From the NCBI RefSeq assembly GCF_003918875.1, contig NW_025767105.1, forward strand, positions 620,001-684,000: a stretch of DNA of 64,000 nt, given 5' to 3'. This document shows, piece after piece, positions 24,748 through 38,100 of this stretch. Each line of letters begins with the position of its first letter. Within the stretch, counting starts at the first letter, position 1. The notes under the pieces were generated by a model. That model was not told the origin of the DNA. It ran no database searches and saw only the letters and a program-made list of their open reading frames with translations. The position numbers and the translations under genes were made by a program. This DNA comes from Haliotis rubra. Its lineage: Eukaryota.

Positions 24748-27700
24748 ATGCTTGTACAGAGGCCGACATCAACAGACAAGCCATCCACGTTTCAGTACAT
24801 CAAATGGGTAAGACACTCTGCTGCAACACGCAGAGAAGTGAGTGCTAGCCTGTGTTATGAGGGGCGTAGGGGTAGCCTAGTGGTTAAAGCGTTGGCTCGT
24901 CACGCAGAAGACCTCGGTTCGATTCCCCTCAAATGTGAAGCCCATTTCTGGTCCCCCGCCGTGATATTGCTGGAATATTGCTAACAGCGGCATAAAACTA
25001 AACTCACTTAGTCACGCTGTGTAATGAATCATACCGAAATATTTGAAACACGTCTGTAACTTAATAAAAACGTCATGGAAACGAGCTAAAGTTGCATTTA
25101 AATGCCAATGGCGAGTCAGTGCAGATAGAAGTATGTTGTGAAGAAATCTACCAATTAACAATCTGATCACGAAAGTATATTATTGGTGTTTGGTGTTTCT
25201 CAGCTGTTGACGTGCGGGATGACTTCATACCAACAGAACACGAACACCCTTGAAGAAAGTCAGGTACTACACCTTTCTTACTTGCAGCTGACTGTTATCT
25301 TAATGCTACTTGTAGATATGTAGATACTTATACTAGTAAGATAATACTTCCTTAACTTTTAGATGTATTTTTCAATATATACTAGGCGTCATTAATAAAG
25401 GGTCAAATGATATATAGCTAATGTAAAGAAAAGTTTCTCAGAAATAATAGAACTAAGAGCGTCATCATAATTTTAATGTGTTGACAAACGTAACACATCG
25501 TGACATACAGACAAAAAGTTCAAACAGCTCCAGCAAACATCAGTTATACAGAATAACACACCACAATGAAAATGACAAACATGAAGGAATCGGTCATTCT
25601 ATATCGTGTGTACCCTCCTCGCGCGTCCAAGACACAGGTACACCTTGTTCTTATGCTCCGTATCAAATTCATAAAGAAAGTTTGCGGAACCGCATTCCAT
25701 TCCTCTACTAGAGCTCTGCGGAGTCCTGGGAGATCCACTGGTGCTGGGTGACGTGTGTACACGTCGACCGAGTTCATCCCAGGCATGCTCAATTGGGTAG
25801 AGGTCTGGTGAGCATGCTGGCCACTCCATCCGCTCTACACCCTGCTGCCTAAGGAATTCCGTGACAATCCTGGCCTAGCGTTGTCGTCTTGCAGTAAAGA
25901 GGGTCGACCATGAAAGCCTTGCATAGCTTGCAGTAATGGTACTGCTATAGGAGCCAGAATCTCGCCCCTATAACGCTGTCCTGTAAGATTACCGTCGACC
26001 ACGTGCAGTGGAGGACATCCAGTAGGATTTATCCCTGCCCAAACCATGACCGACCCCCACCAAATCGGTTATGGGTGGCCACAGTTGCATCTGTGATTCG
26101 CTCTCCATTGCGACGATAAATCCTCTGCCAACCATCATGGAAGGACAAATTGAATCTGATTTCATCTGTGAAGAGCACACGAGACCATTGACATTGATTC
26201 CAGCGGCCATGATGTCTACTCCATCTCAAACGCGCCTGCCTGTGACGTGGTGGACAAACTGCAGGTCGAGTGCAGCGGATCGACGAACGCTGCTTCTGGG
26301 CATTGTTAACATTGAAGTGTTCTGTCTGAAGATCTGATGAGTTAAAGAATCTGTTACGTAACGCAGTTTTAATCATGTGCCTATAATCTCGGACTGTTGT
26401 GACTCTGGGGCATACATATTCCACGGACCCACTGGCTTGAAATCTCTGCAAGAGTCTACCAATAGCACTCTGACTCACATAAAAGCGGACAGCAACCTGC
26501 CGCTGAGTTTGACCAGATTCCAAAAGGCCTACAGAAAGTGTAAAGGAACCGCGTCTCATTTCAAACAGGTAACTGAACAGTGAATGGCAGTGAAAAAGCA
26601 TCCATGTATTGTCCCCACTTTCCATGGATAGAGCGACATGCACGTGCAAATCATTAACGTTAAGTGGCAAGTGGATTTACATATTGACAATTTGAATAAA
26701 GAATGTGCCATTTGTAACAATGTATCGGACGTTAAAGAACGTAATAATGACATTTCAACGGCTTGATGTGTTTTCCATACTGTTAAGAAGTTTGTAAAAC
26801 AGTCAGTTGTATATATTTCAAATAAAAACGAAGATTTTACATCTTTTAAGAAATAGTGTTACCAATAGCTTGACCCTTCATTAATGACGCCGAGTATAGA
26901 TACTTTGAGATATTTGCACTGAGGTTAAAGATTAAATTTGCACTAAAGACACTATAAGACAGACCATAAGGTTAGTATCAGCCCTATAAAACTGCAAATT
27001 ATATATTCACTTTTGAAGTAGCATTGTTGTGCCGCTCAGTGACGGATAGTGGATACACGAGTCAGTTTTATATTTCTTACAACACTGATCTGTAGTAGTG
27101 TGCTCATTTGTCGACGGCGAGGAGATTTTTTTTAAATAAGATAATACTTTATTCCTTAGATAACAGATAATATATCGTCTTCTGCGGTGTAGCAATATTT
27201 TGGTATTAGATAACAAATCATTAAAATCATAACACAGTCAATGAGGGAACGCCAAAGCAGAAGCGTTTGTTACGTCTTCCGAAACGAGTCAAAATTCTAC
27301 AACATGATATAATAATCGATGTTGTTATTTGATTTTTGTATTCCTAAAAAGATGTTCCGAGGACCGACTGATCAAAATGCTGTGATTTACACAAATGTTC
27401 TCTTTTCAAAACCGTTTCGTTTTAACTATTCCAGAAATACATTTAAAATTTGAAATGGGAATAGTCACACCTTTATCAGGACATCACCGACTGGTCAGTG
27501 TTTGTTGTATACTATAGACTGCTGTTGTATTGCTGGTCCGGTGGGGTCACTGATAACATGGAATAATAATCCAGGCATTCAAGGATGAAGATGAAATGGA
27601 CGAGCTGGCCGCTGTAGCACAAGACGCGGGGATGGTGGAAGTGTCATTGACCGATACACCTACCCACCCTGCCCCTGTCTCCAGAGGTATGAATACAAGA

Positions 27701-28754
27701 TGCAAAACACACATGAAGTACACACACTCTAGACCAGCACCACCGGTCATAAAACAAAAAGAAAAAGAAAAAGAAAACCCCAAAACAACATGTAATAAAA
27801 ACACCCCGGAAACAAACCAATGTAATACACAAATCAAAACCACACACCTACATACAGTTCTTGTCCGTTCGACATATTATATACTCACTCACATAGTGAA
27901 TTCCAGAAGAAACGCGAGTATTACAAACGTTTGAAACAGGAAATAAGACATAAACCAATCTTCCATGCTCAGATAACTATTGTAATGCCTACTAATGGAG
28001 GCCATACTCAGATTTTATATCAGCTTCTTTCAATTATTGAAACATTTCCCCACACACTCAGACGCCAACACATGGTGATTTTACGAACGCTTTAATGGCA
28101 ACTGAATGCGGGTACCGAAGTCAGTTCGAATCGGGCTGTTACCCACACACTAAGGCAGGTAAATGTGGAATTGTACTGAAATTTAGTACATCTGAAATTT
28201 CATTTAGACCCAGACCGCAATTAATAGCAAAGTCATACAATACAACAACAGAAAACAAACAAAAAACGGTTAACAGCCCCTCACAACTAATCCTCACTTG
28301 AGTCGTCTCTGAAGACCAGAACATAAACTAGTGGGTATCTAATACTATCTTCACCCATTCGGATTACCCACAGAATCATCAGGCTGCTAATTGCAAGATA
28401 ATCATTACAAAACACTATGCACTGTTATGTTCAAGCGTATTGCATTGGAATCCAGGTCAGAATAGGCCTCCATTCACTATGACAGATGACTGAATTGATT
28501 GGGTGGTTGATCAGGTGCATCGTATACCCCGAATCCTAGCTCTCAATGTCTGTCATTGGATTGTGTGGCCCAGACAAGATGGGCATTTCTTGTACAGAAT
28601 ATTAGACGTCAAGACCCACATGGGAACTGTGTGGTGACAGGGACTGCCAAGTACATTATGAAATACACATTGTTCCTTTGTTTCAGTCAGTGATGGTGAG
28701 AATGAAGTCTTCAGCCTCATCATGGCCACGAAGAGAAAGCGAGACGAAAACTGA
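24748..28754 (+). CDS. Candidate unannotated small protein (79 aa, 3 coding exons), function unknown
   Basis: Exons 24748-24807 (donor GTAAGA, phase 0), 27575-27686 (donor GTATGA, phase 1) and 28687-28754 (acceptor ctttgtttcag) splice in frame to MLVQRPTSTDKPSTFQYIKWAFKDEDEMDELAAVAQDAGMVEVSLTDTPTHPAPVSRVSDGENEVFSLIMATKRKRDEN*. The exon-2 acceptor has a weak pyrimidine tract. Confidence 0.55.
24860..25010 (+). mobile_element. tRNA-derived SINE, family A
   Basis: Consensus match with an internal deletion. Confidence 0.85.
25378..26898 (-). mobile_element. Full-length but decayed Tc1 transposon
   Basis: Termini tatactaggcgtcattaataaagggtcaa and ttgacccttcattaatgacgccgagtata (27/29 match, including TA). 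Transposase motifs WSRVLFTDE, GGG..MVWAGI, LQDDNARP, WPACSPDLYPIEHAWDEL and RCTCVLDARGGYTRY, in broken frames. Confidence 0.95.
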
Positions 28755-29142
28755 ACGTCTAAAATGGAAGAGATTTCAGCTGGAGCTCACCACATTTGTT
28801 TCTGTGCTGTACATAGATGGATTGTCTGTTGAAATACACCAGGAACAATAACATCTTGGTTGTGTGTCTTTACCTCTGCGTGATGCTTGCTCTGCTAGAA
28901 TTATAAATAGTATGATCCAGTGTACCTTTTAAAACAACACACTTTGTGATAGTCGCTGTTGTAGTGGGCATTGATCCCAACTTGAGCATTTTTCATACTG
29001 TGACAATATCAAAGTATTAAGCCTCATTCACATGGACACTTTTACTCACCTGTACATTAATACTTACATACCTATATTTACTTGTGCTGGCATGGGAACG
29101 CTTATGTTTACATGAGTAATATACTCCTGGAGTAAATGGACA

Positions 29143-29805
29143 TAAGTAAAAGTATATTTGCTACACCTCAGCAGGTCAAGTAAAAGTATACTTGCTACAC
29201 CTCAGGAGGTCAAGTAAAAGTATATTTGCTACACCTAAGGAGGTCAAGTAAAAGTATATTTGCTACACCTAAGGAGGTCAAGTAAAAGTATATTTGCTAC
29301 ACCTCAGGAGGTCAAGTAAAAGTATATTTGCTACACCTCAGGAGGTCAAGTAAAAGTATATTTGCTACACCTAGGAGGTTGCTACACCTAAGGAGGTCAA
29401 GTAAAAGTATATTTGCTACACCTAAGGAGGTCAAGTAAAAGAATATTTGCTACACCTCAGGAGGTCAAGTAAAAGAATATTTGCTACACCTCACGAGGTC
29501 AAGTAAAAGTATATTTGCTACACCTCAGGAGGTCAAGTAAAAGTATATTTGCTACACCTAAGGAGGTCAAGTAAAAATATATTTGCTACACCTCACGAGG
29601 TCAAGTAAAAGTATATTTGCTACACCTGAGAGTAAAGTATAAAGGTCAAGTTATGCACATACAAGTAAAAGTATATTTGCCTCAGGAGGTCAAGTAAAAG
29701 TATATTTACTACACCTCGTAAAAAAGTATATTTGACATACACCTCAGGAGATCAAGTAAAAGTATATTTGCTACACCTCAGGAGATAGTAAAAGTATATT
29801 TACTT
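29143..29805. repeat. 34-bp minisatellite, ~19 copies
   Basis: Unit aggtcaagtaaaagtatatttgctacacctcagg, degrading toward the right end. Confidence 0.95.
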
Positions 29806-30424
29806 GTAAATATGAATACTCTTGGAGTATTTTGGTCATATGAAAGGGTTTTGAGATATATGTAAGCATTTTATATCCGTGATACTAGAAATCACTAAAC
29901 AATTCTAAAGTATTTATGAGTCAGTAAGTATTCAATACCTGAAGATACAGGTTAAAATTGATCTTCATGCCCATGCTTGTTCTAAGAGGCGACTAATGAG
30001 ATCAGGAGGTCAGGGTTGCTGACTTGGTTATTGCATCGTATCCCTGTTGCGTTGATCAAAGCGCTTTGAGCATGCATGTACATGGGATGGACTATAGCGC
30101 TATATAAATACCCATGTAATAATAATCAGTTTTCGTAATGTCAATCACTGGATTGTCTGGTCCAGACTCGATCATTTGCAGACCGTCGATACATCGACTA
30201 GGAGGAGTGAATGGTCACCTGCTCTACGGTTTAGATTAGACAGAAAATCCCATTTATATTGGATGTATGCCTTGATAACATTAAACAATAATATAACGTT
30301 TCAGTGAATTGACTTGTCTTAACGCCACTCTGGACAATATTTCTGTTTAACACGGTGTGTCATTGTGGCATGACATCCCCAACAAAATCAGGCCTTCAAA
30401 GTTTAACGCATTGGTGAAACAATC

Positions 30425-30677
30425 GAGTGAGTGAGTGAGTTTAGTTTAACGCCGCATTCAGCAATATTCCAGCCATATGTCGGCGGTCTGTAAATAACTT
30501 GATCGAGTCTGGTCCAGACAATCCAGTAATCAACAGCATGAGCATCGATCTGCGCAATTGGGAACAGGTGACATGTGTCAGCCAAGTCAGCGAGCCTGAC
30601 CACCCGATCCCGTTAGTCGCCTCTTACGACAAGCATGGGTTACTGAACATCAATATTCTAACCCGTACCTTCACAGG
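30425..30677 (-). mobile_element. SINE family B
   Basis: Near-complete reverse-complement copy with (gagt)n tail. A degraded + copy at 29938-30185 is interrupted by a LINE-tail-like piece. Confidence 0.85.
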
Positions 30678-32116
30678 TGTGAAACAATCGAACCCATGAT
30701 AGAATATTTCTTACACGCCTGTAGGACAAAGCTCTGCATAAAGCCCATACAACTGGTTTAGCATATTTTCAAGAACACATTAGTGAGCTGGGTTTTAAAC
30801 CGTTTTTTTTTAGCATATCACGGCGTATTCAAACATTGCACCCATGTGGAAAACACGGGCAGTCGGCGTGACGAGCGAACGCTTTAACCACTAGGCTACC
30901 CCACCACCACCCAAGAACAAATTAAAGAAACTACCTTATTACGTACTAAACTAAAATGTTCATATACGAGAGTACTTCCAATGAAGTGGCAAACCTCGAC
31001 GTCAAATTCAAAAAAACATTTCCTGAGTATAGGAGTTGTATTTAACACCGTGGTGACAGGAACGTCCCAAGTGAGGCAGGTCTTGTTAGCTTGCCAGTAT
31101 GCGACATCAAGCTGTGTGGATATGATTGTGGACATATACAGTGGTGTTGTATGTGAGGTTATGGGGTCATGCATGTGTATCTATTTTCAAAATGTCTTGT
31201 TATGATTACTCTCAGGATATGGACAGTTGGATGAAAAAATATCTAATCATATGTTCATTACACTCAAACAAAATATTTCCACATGAGGCATCGTCTATCT
31301 TTGTTTATTTATAAACGAAGCAGAAGTTTTAGTCTTGATGTTATTTAGTGGTATGTGAATGTCTTAGAAATCAGAGTTATTTCCCTTAGATAAACAACGT
31401 GAGTATTGCTCCCGTCTCTCTGTGCACTGCAAGTTAATGAAGGGTGACACATACTACGGGATCGTCATAATGTAAGAATGCAGAAGTATTTAGTCACAAG
31501 TTACACATGCTACACGACAATCATTGTGGCATTATACCGTGTATCATCAAAATTCAGTATGCCTGTTCGGTATTCGATCAACATAAATCATCCCTTGTAA
31601 TCTTGACAAGTTGCAGTTGACAAGCTTCTGTGGATGTACCATTTAAAATCTCTGAGCAATTTCAGTATACTATATATCTGCTACAATGAAGATCTATATT
31701 GTCTATAGGATCTTTATCAGCAGATGAAAATGGGCACATAATAATACGTAAATTATAATTTTGAAACATTCGAAATTGTAAAAATAAACATGCTGAGTTT
31801 TGCTACATTTGTTATGTCTGTGAACACTCAAGGCTGGGGACACTAAACATTCACAATTTTTCCCAGTTAGCAAATATGTCATATTGCCGTTAATTGTTTC
31901 GGATTCTAAATATGCTTTACCAAAGTATATTAATATTATGATTAAAGACATCACATATATGTTTCACAGATTATAAAAGTTTATTGCAATCATGTTCCCA
32001 TGGAATCTCTATCTAATCTTTTTCCAGCTTGTCATAGAAAGTGTTGTAAAAGCTTGCAGATAGCAAGAGAGCGAGCTGTATGATTTATTCACCCAGTGAC
32101 ATAATAACATAACACT

Positions 32117-35100
32117 ATGTCTGATGATGAAGAAATTCCTGACCTTGTTCTATCAGAAGCAAAGAAAGTTCCCATCACAATCATAACAGGATTTCTAGGT
32201 AAGATCACTAAGAACTAAGGAGGTGCTAGATTTGATCTCCTATCATTGGTTAAGAAGTAAAATGTTTGTGAAAACCGATCAGTAATTTGAATTATTTCTT
32301 TTTTCAACAGTCATTTTGTGACATGCAGATAGATCTCTTAAAACAAGCACTAGCACTGACTTCATATCATTGTACCTCAACAGAGTAAATCAGTCTGGTT
32401 GGTTATTCACAAACTGCCTTGATATAGCTGAAGTATAGCTGACTGTGGCATTAAATGATTGATCAGCATAAAAATATCCATAACACTGTTGGTGCAATAT
32501 AAGGCCTCCCGCGAGACTGGATAGTCACGCATGGTGACTGGATAGTCCACGATAGCCGGTGTGTCAAGATTTGCTGTTTATTTAAAAATTAACAAATTAT
32601 TAGGGCATATTTGAACAGTGACACTAGCAATTTTAAAGTTATTTCCACCCTGACAACCACAATCATCAAATTCTCATCCAATTTATGTGGATAATTATCA
32701 CCCTGCTGCTTACCTGTATTGGGAGTTTTGTCGGATGTTAAACAATCCTCCCAAACTATCTTCATGCCTTAGATCAAATTGTTGGAACCCTGTTGGTATT
32801 CCAGTACCCCATGCTAAAGCACCAACTAAAACGAGGATAAGGGGGACACAATGTGTGACCTGGTTGTGTTTGTGTCATGTTAAGGTTTGCTCATGCTATC
32901 TACCATCAGCGTGTCAGACCCAGACTATTTGCAGGCTGATGGGATATAGCTGGAATATTGCTGTGTCTTAACGTAACACCTGTATAGTTGTAAAGAAACT
33001 TCTGTTTGTTGGTAAAGTAACTCCTGTTTGTTGGTAAAGTAACTTCTGTTTGTTGGTAAAGTAACTCCTGTTTGTTGGTAAAGTAACTTCTGTTTGTTTG
33101 GTAAAGTAACTCCTGTTTGTTGGTCAAGTAGTCCTGTTTGTTGGTCAACTCCTGTTTGTTGGTAAAGTAACTCCTGCTTTGTTGGTAAAGTAACTCCTGT
33201 TTGTTGGTAAAGTAACTCCTGTTTGTTGGTAAAGTAACTCCTGTTTGTTGGTAAAGTAACTCCTGTTTGTTGGTAAAGTAACTCCTGTTTGTTGGTAAAG
33301 TAACTCCTGTTTGTTGGTAAAGTTCCTGTTTGTTGGTAAAGTAACTCCTGTTTGTTGGTCAAGTAACTCCTGTTTGTTGGTAAAGTAACTCCTGTTTGTT
33401 GGTGTAACTGGTAAAAGTAACTAACTCCTGTTTGTTGGTCAAGTAACTTGTTGGTAAAGTAACTCCTGTTTGTTGGTAAAGTAACTCCTGTTTGTTGGTA
33501 AAGTAACTCCTGTTTGTTGGTAAAGTAACTCCTGTTTGTTGGTAAAGTAACTCCTGTTTGTTTCCAGGTGCAGGGAAGACAACTCTGCTCAACTATGTTC
33601 TCACAGAACAACATGGGAAGAAGATTGCTGTCATTCTGAATGAGTTCGGGGAAGGTTAGAGGGAATCAATGTCTGGAAATATTCATAACAATCAAGAGTT
33701 CCTTCAACAAAACACAATTGTTTGTTTTGAAGATATATGCATTTTCCATTTATTATGTATCTTTTGCATCTTAACCCCTGAATATCAACACGCATACATG
33801 CCACTGGACTGCCAGTCAGATTAGATATTGTGTGCAGAGACCCACCTTTGTATTTATAAAGGTTTTGGGCATACAGGAAAACGTGTCTGTTTAGAGTTAA
33901 GAAAACACAGGGTGCAATTGTTACTTCTAAGGCATACATTGCATAAAGTGGCTGTTGTACTGAATGAGTGCAAGTCCTTGGATGTTCCCCAGGGAGCTGA
34001 GATTGCAGTTTTAATGAACACTGATGCTGCCACTGGTATAATGCATATTAAAATGTCATGTGCTTTGAACATTAGTTGTTTTATGTGTAGTCTTGTGTTC
34101 ATATTATGATAACTTTTCACATATAATGATTGCAGGAGACTCCATTGAGAAGTCTATGTCTGTTGGCCAGCAGGGGGAGCTGTTTGAAGAATGGCTGGAG
34201 TTGAGGAATGGTTGCCTGTGCTGTTCTGTCAAGTAAGTTAATGTCTACTGTTCTATCAAGGAAGTTGGTCTGTGAAGTAGGATGGTCTGTGTTTCTTCTG
34301 TCAAGGAAGTTGGTCTGTGAAGTAAGATGGTCTGTGTTTCTTCTGTCAAGGAAGTTGGTCTGTGAAGTAAGATGGTCTGTGTTTCTTCTGTCAAGGAAGT
34401 TGGTCTGTGAAGTAAGATGGTCTGTGTTTCTTCTGTGAAGGAAGTTGGTCTGTGAAGTAAGATGGTCTGTGTTTCTTCTGTCAAGGAAGTTGGTCTGTGA
34501 AGTAAGATGGTCTGTGTTTCTTCTGTCAAGGAAGTTGGTCTGTGAAGTAAGATGATCTGTGTTTCTTCTGTCAAGGAAGTTGGTCTGTGAAGTAAGATGG
34601 TCTGTGTTTCTTCTGTCAAGGAAGTTGGTCTGTGAAGTAAGATGGTCTGTGTTTCTTCTGTCAAGGAAGTTGGTCTGTGAAGTAGGATGGTCTGTGTTTC
34701 TTCTGTCAAGGAAGTTGGTCTGTGAAGTAGGATGGTCTGTGTTTCTTCTGTCAAGGAAGTTGGTCTGTGAAGTAAGATGGTCTGTGTTTCTTCTGTCAAG
34801 GAAGTTGGTCTGTGAAGTAAGATGGTCTGTGTTTCTTCTGTCAAGGAAGTTGGTCTGTGGAGTAAGATGATCTGTGTTTCTTCTGTCAAGTAATGGAGAG
34901 ACTGTTTTATATTCTGGGTGGCAGTCCTAAACATGGGTTATTGGAAGACATAGAATATTCCACTCAAACTCAACATGTTTTCTCATAAACCATTTACCAG
35001 GACCTGCAGCATCTCCAGCAAAAAGTAGCCTCTCTTTTCGTACATCTTGGAGTTTTTTTAGTAGAATAATGAAGTGAATTTTGTGAAGTGAGTCATCTTG

Positions 35101-38100
35101 TTTGTGTTTGTTTCCTACAGGGACAGTGGGGTGAAGGCCATTGAGAACCTGATGACCAAGAGAGGGAAGTTTGACTACATTCTGCTGGAGACCACCGGCC
35201 TAGCTGACCCAGGTGACCATTAAGGATGACCGTGGGGATCACAGTCACATTCCCTAGTCCCTAGGAGTCATAAGACAGTCACATTCACTCGTCCCTAGGG
35301 GTCATAAGACAGTCACAATCACTCGTCCCTAGGGGTCATAAGACAGTCACATTCCCTCGTCATAAGACAGTCACATTCACCCGTCCCTAGGGGTCATAAG
35401 ACTGTCACATTCACTTGTCCCTAGGGGTCATAAGACAGTCACATTCACTCCTCCCTAGGAGTCATAAGTCGGGTCACATTCACTCCTCCCTAGGGGTCAT
35501 AAGACAGTCACATTCACTCCTCCCTGGGGGTCATAAGACAATCACATTCACTCCTCCCTAGGGGTCATAAGACAGTCACATTCCCTCGTCCCTAGGGGTC
35601 ATAAGACAGTCACATTCACTCCTCCCTAGGGGTCATAAGACAGTCACATTCACTCCTCCCTAGGAGTCATAAGACAGTCACATTCACTCGTCTCTAGGGG
35701 TCATAAGACAGTCACATTCACTCCTCCCTAGGGGTCATAAGACAGTCACATTCACTCGTCCCTAGGGGTCATAAGACAGTCACATTACCTCCTCCCTAGG
35801 GGTCATAAGACAGTCACATTCACTCCTCCCTAGGGGAGTCATAAGACAGTCACATTCCCTCTGTCCCTAGGGGTCATAAGACAGTCACATTCACTCGTCC
35901 CTAGGGGTCATAAGACAGTCACATTCACTCGTCCCTAGGGGTCATAAGACAGTCACATTCACTCCTCCCTAGGGGTCATAAGACAGTCACATTCACTCGT
36001 CTCTAGGGGTCATAAGACAGTCACATTCACTGCTCCCTAGGGGTCATAAGACAGTCACATTCACTCGTCCCTAGGGGTCATAAGACAGTCACATTCACTC
36101 CTCCCTAGGGGTCATAAGACAGTCACATTCCCTAGTCCCTAGGGGTCATAAGACAGTCACATTCACTCGTCCCTAGGGGTCATAAGACAGTCACATTCAC
36201 TCGTCCCTAGGGGTCATAAGACAGTCACATTCACTCTTTCCTAGGGGTCATAAGACAGTCACATTCCCTCGTCCCTAGGGGTCATAAGACAGTCACATTC
36301 ACTCCTCCCTGGGGTCATAAGACAGTCACATTCACTCGTCCCTAGGGGTCATAAGACAGTCACATTCACTCCTCCCTAGGGGTCATAAGACAGTCACATT
36401 CACTCCTCCATAGGGGTCATAAGACAGTCACATTCACTCGTCCCTAGGGGTCATAAGACAGTCACATTCACTCGTCCCTAGGGGTCATAAGACAATCACA
36501 TTCACTCGTCCCAGGGTTCGACCTGTGTTCGATTTCCCACATGGGTACAATGTGTGAAACCCATTTCTGGTGTCCCGTGGTGTGATATTGCTAAAACCAA
36601 ACTCACTGCCACGCACGCAGGCNNNNNNNNNNNNNNNNNNNNNNNNNNNNNNNNNNNNNNNNNNNNNNNNNNNNNNNNNNNNNNNNNNNNNNNNNNNNNN
36701 NNNNNNNNNNNNNNNNNNNNNNNNNNNNNNNNNNNNNNNNNNNNNNNNNNNNNNNNNNNNNNNNNCATAGACTTACAACAGTCACAGTGCTAAGGTGATC
36801 GTAGCTGCCATACTTTAACATACACTTACAACAGTCACAGTGCTAATGTCGTTTTGTGAGACAGGGTCCTGGTTCACTGAGCACCATACACTGCATGTGG
36901 GTTTAATGTAGAAAATGTTTCACAATCTGTTACGCCTTACTTCCACTGCAAGATGACAAGCCGTGATAATCTGAAGTACTGATCAATGTGATGCTTAACT
37001 GAAATGGCTCCTTGAGTATAAATTTATATTGTGTGAACAGATATAAAGCTGTTTGTATATTTGCCAGGTCCTATAGCCTCTATGTTCTGGCTGGATGAGG
37101 AGCTGTGTAGCGATGTGTTCCTGGATGGTCAGTGCTTCATCCATCATACTTTGTATTTTACCTGAGGTATCAAAGTCATGTCATTTATGATATCAGATTC
37201 AGTTAGCATATATATGAAATGTATTTTAAAAATATTTGGGTCAGTCTGTGTATTTGTGACATAATTAAGGCTTGAATGACAATTGAATGGGTACTTTTTC
37301 ATTCTTTTTAAAATTTGGGGCGGTGGGGTAGCCTAGAGGTCAAAGCATTGGCTTGTCACATCGAAGACCCGGGTTCGAATCCCCACATGGGTACAATGTG
37401 TGAAGCCCATTTCCAGTGTCCCCTGCCGTGATGTTGCTGGAATATTGCTAAAAGCGGCATAAAACCAAACTCAGTCAGTTAGTCTTTTTAAAATTTGCAC
37501 CAATATTTTATTTGAACATGTGACACTAATTTTAGGGTTCATGATGATGGCTGAAACTTAGTGTCAGTACTACAGAACCCCAAAAAGCAGATGGGACGCA
37601 TCCTTCACCAAGCAATACATAATTGAAGTTAATGGCTTGCAACTTTCCATTCTGTCCATGTTATGAATCGAGTCATGTATGTCATCTTCTTCCAGGCATT
37701 CTGACAGTGGTTGATGCCAAGTTCTGTCACCAGGTGGGTCAGTCTGTGTTTTATTTTGTTCATGTTTTGTATTCATATCTTGTTACCAAAATTGTCTGAC
37801 AAAGGTCAGACTTGTCAGAGGTAAGCCTGTAAACAGCAACTAAATTCATGTTAATGTACTGTTGTTTTGATTGACTGCTTGTGGTCCATGGTTTGATGTT
37901 TACATCACTGGTTTGTTTGGCTCAAAATGGATTATTTACATTCTGCTGTTATAGCTGGAATATTGCTGGCTGCAGCATTGACAACATTCAGTCACTGAAT
38001 TACCAATGCCAATTTACATCACTACTTGTGTACAAAAATAATATCTTACAATGACAAAGGTTATCAAATATTTAGCACATATTTTGAGTGCTATGTGCAG

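Noticed and set aside
29143-29805. 34-bp arrays (here and at 35241) as CRISPR-like repeats
   Set aside because: Units are head-to-tail with no unique spacers, there are no cas genes, and the context is eukaryotic.
32906-34934. Long repetitive ORFs ([14 protein letters not shown]..., [15 protein letters not shown]...) and the similar ORFs at 42008-42713
   Set aside because: They are translations of intronic minisatellites that happen to lack stops.
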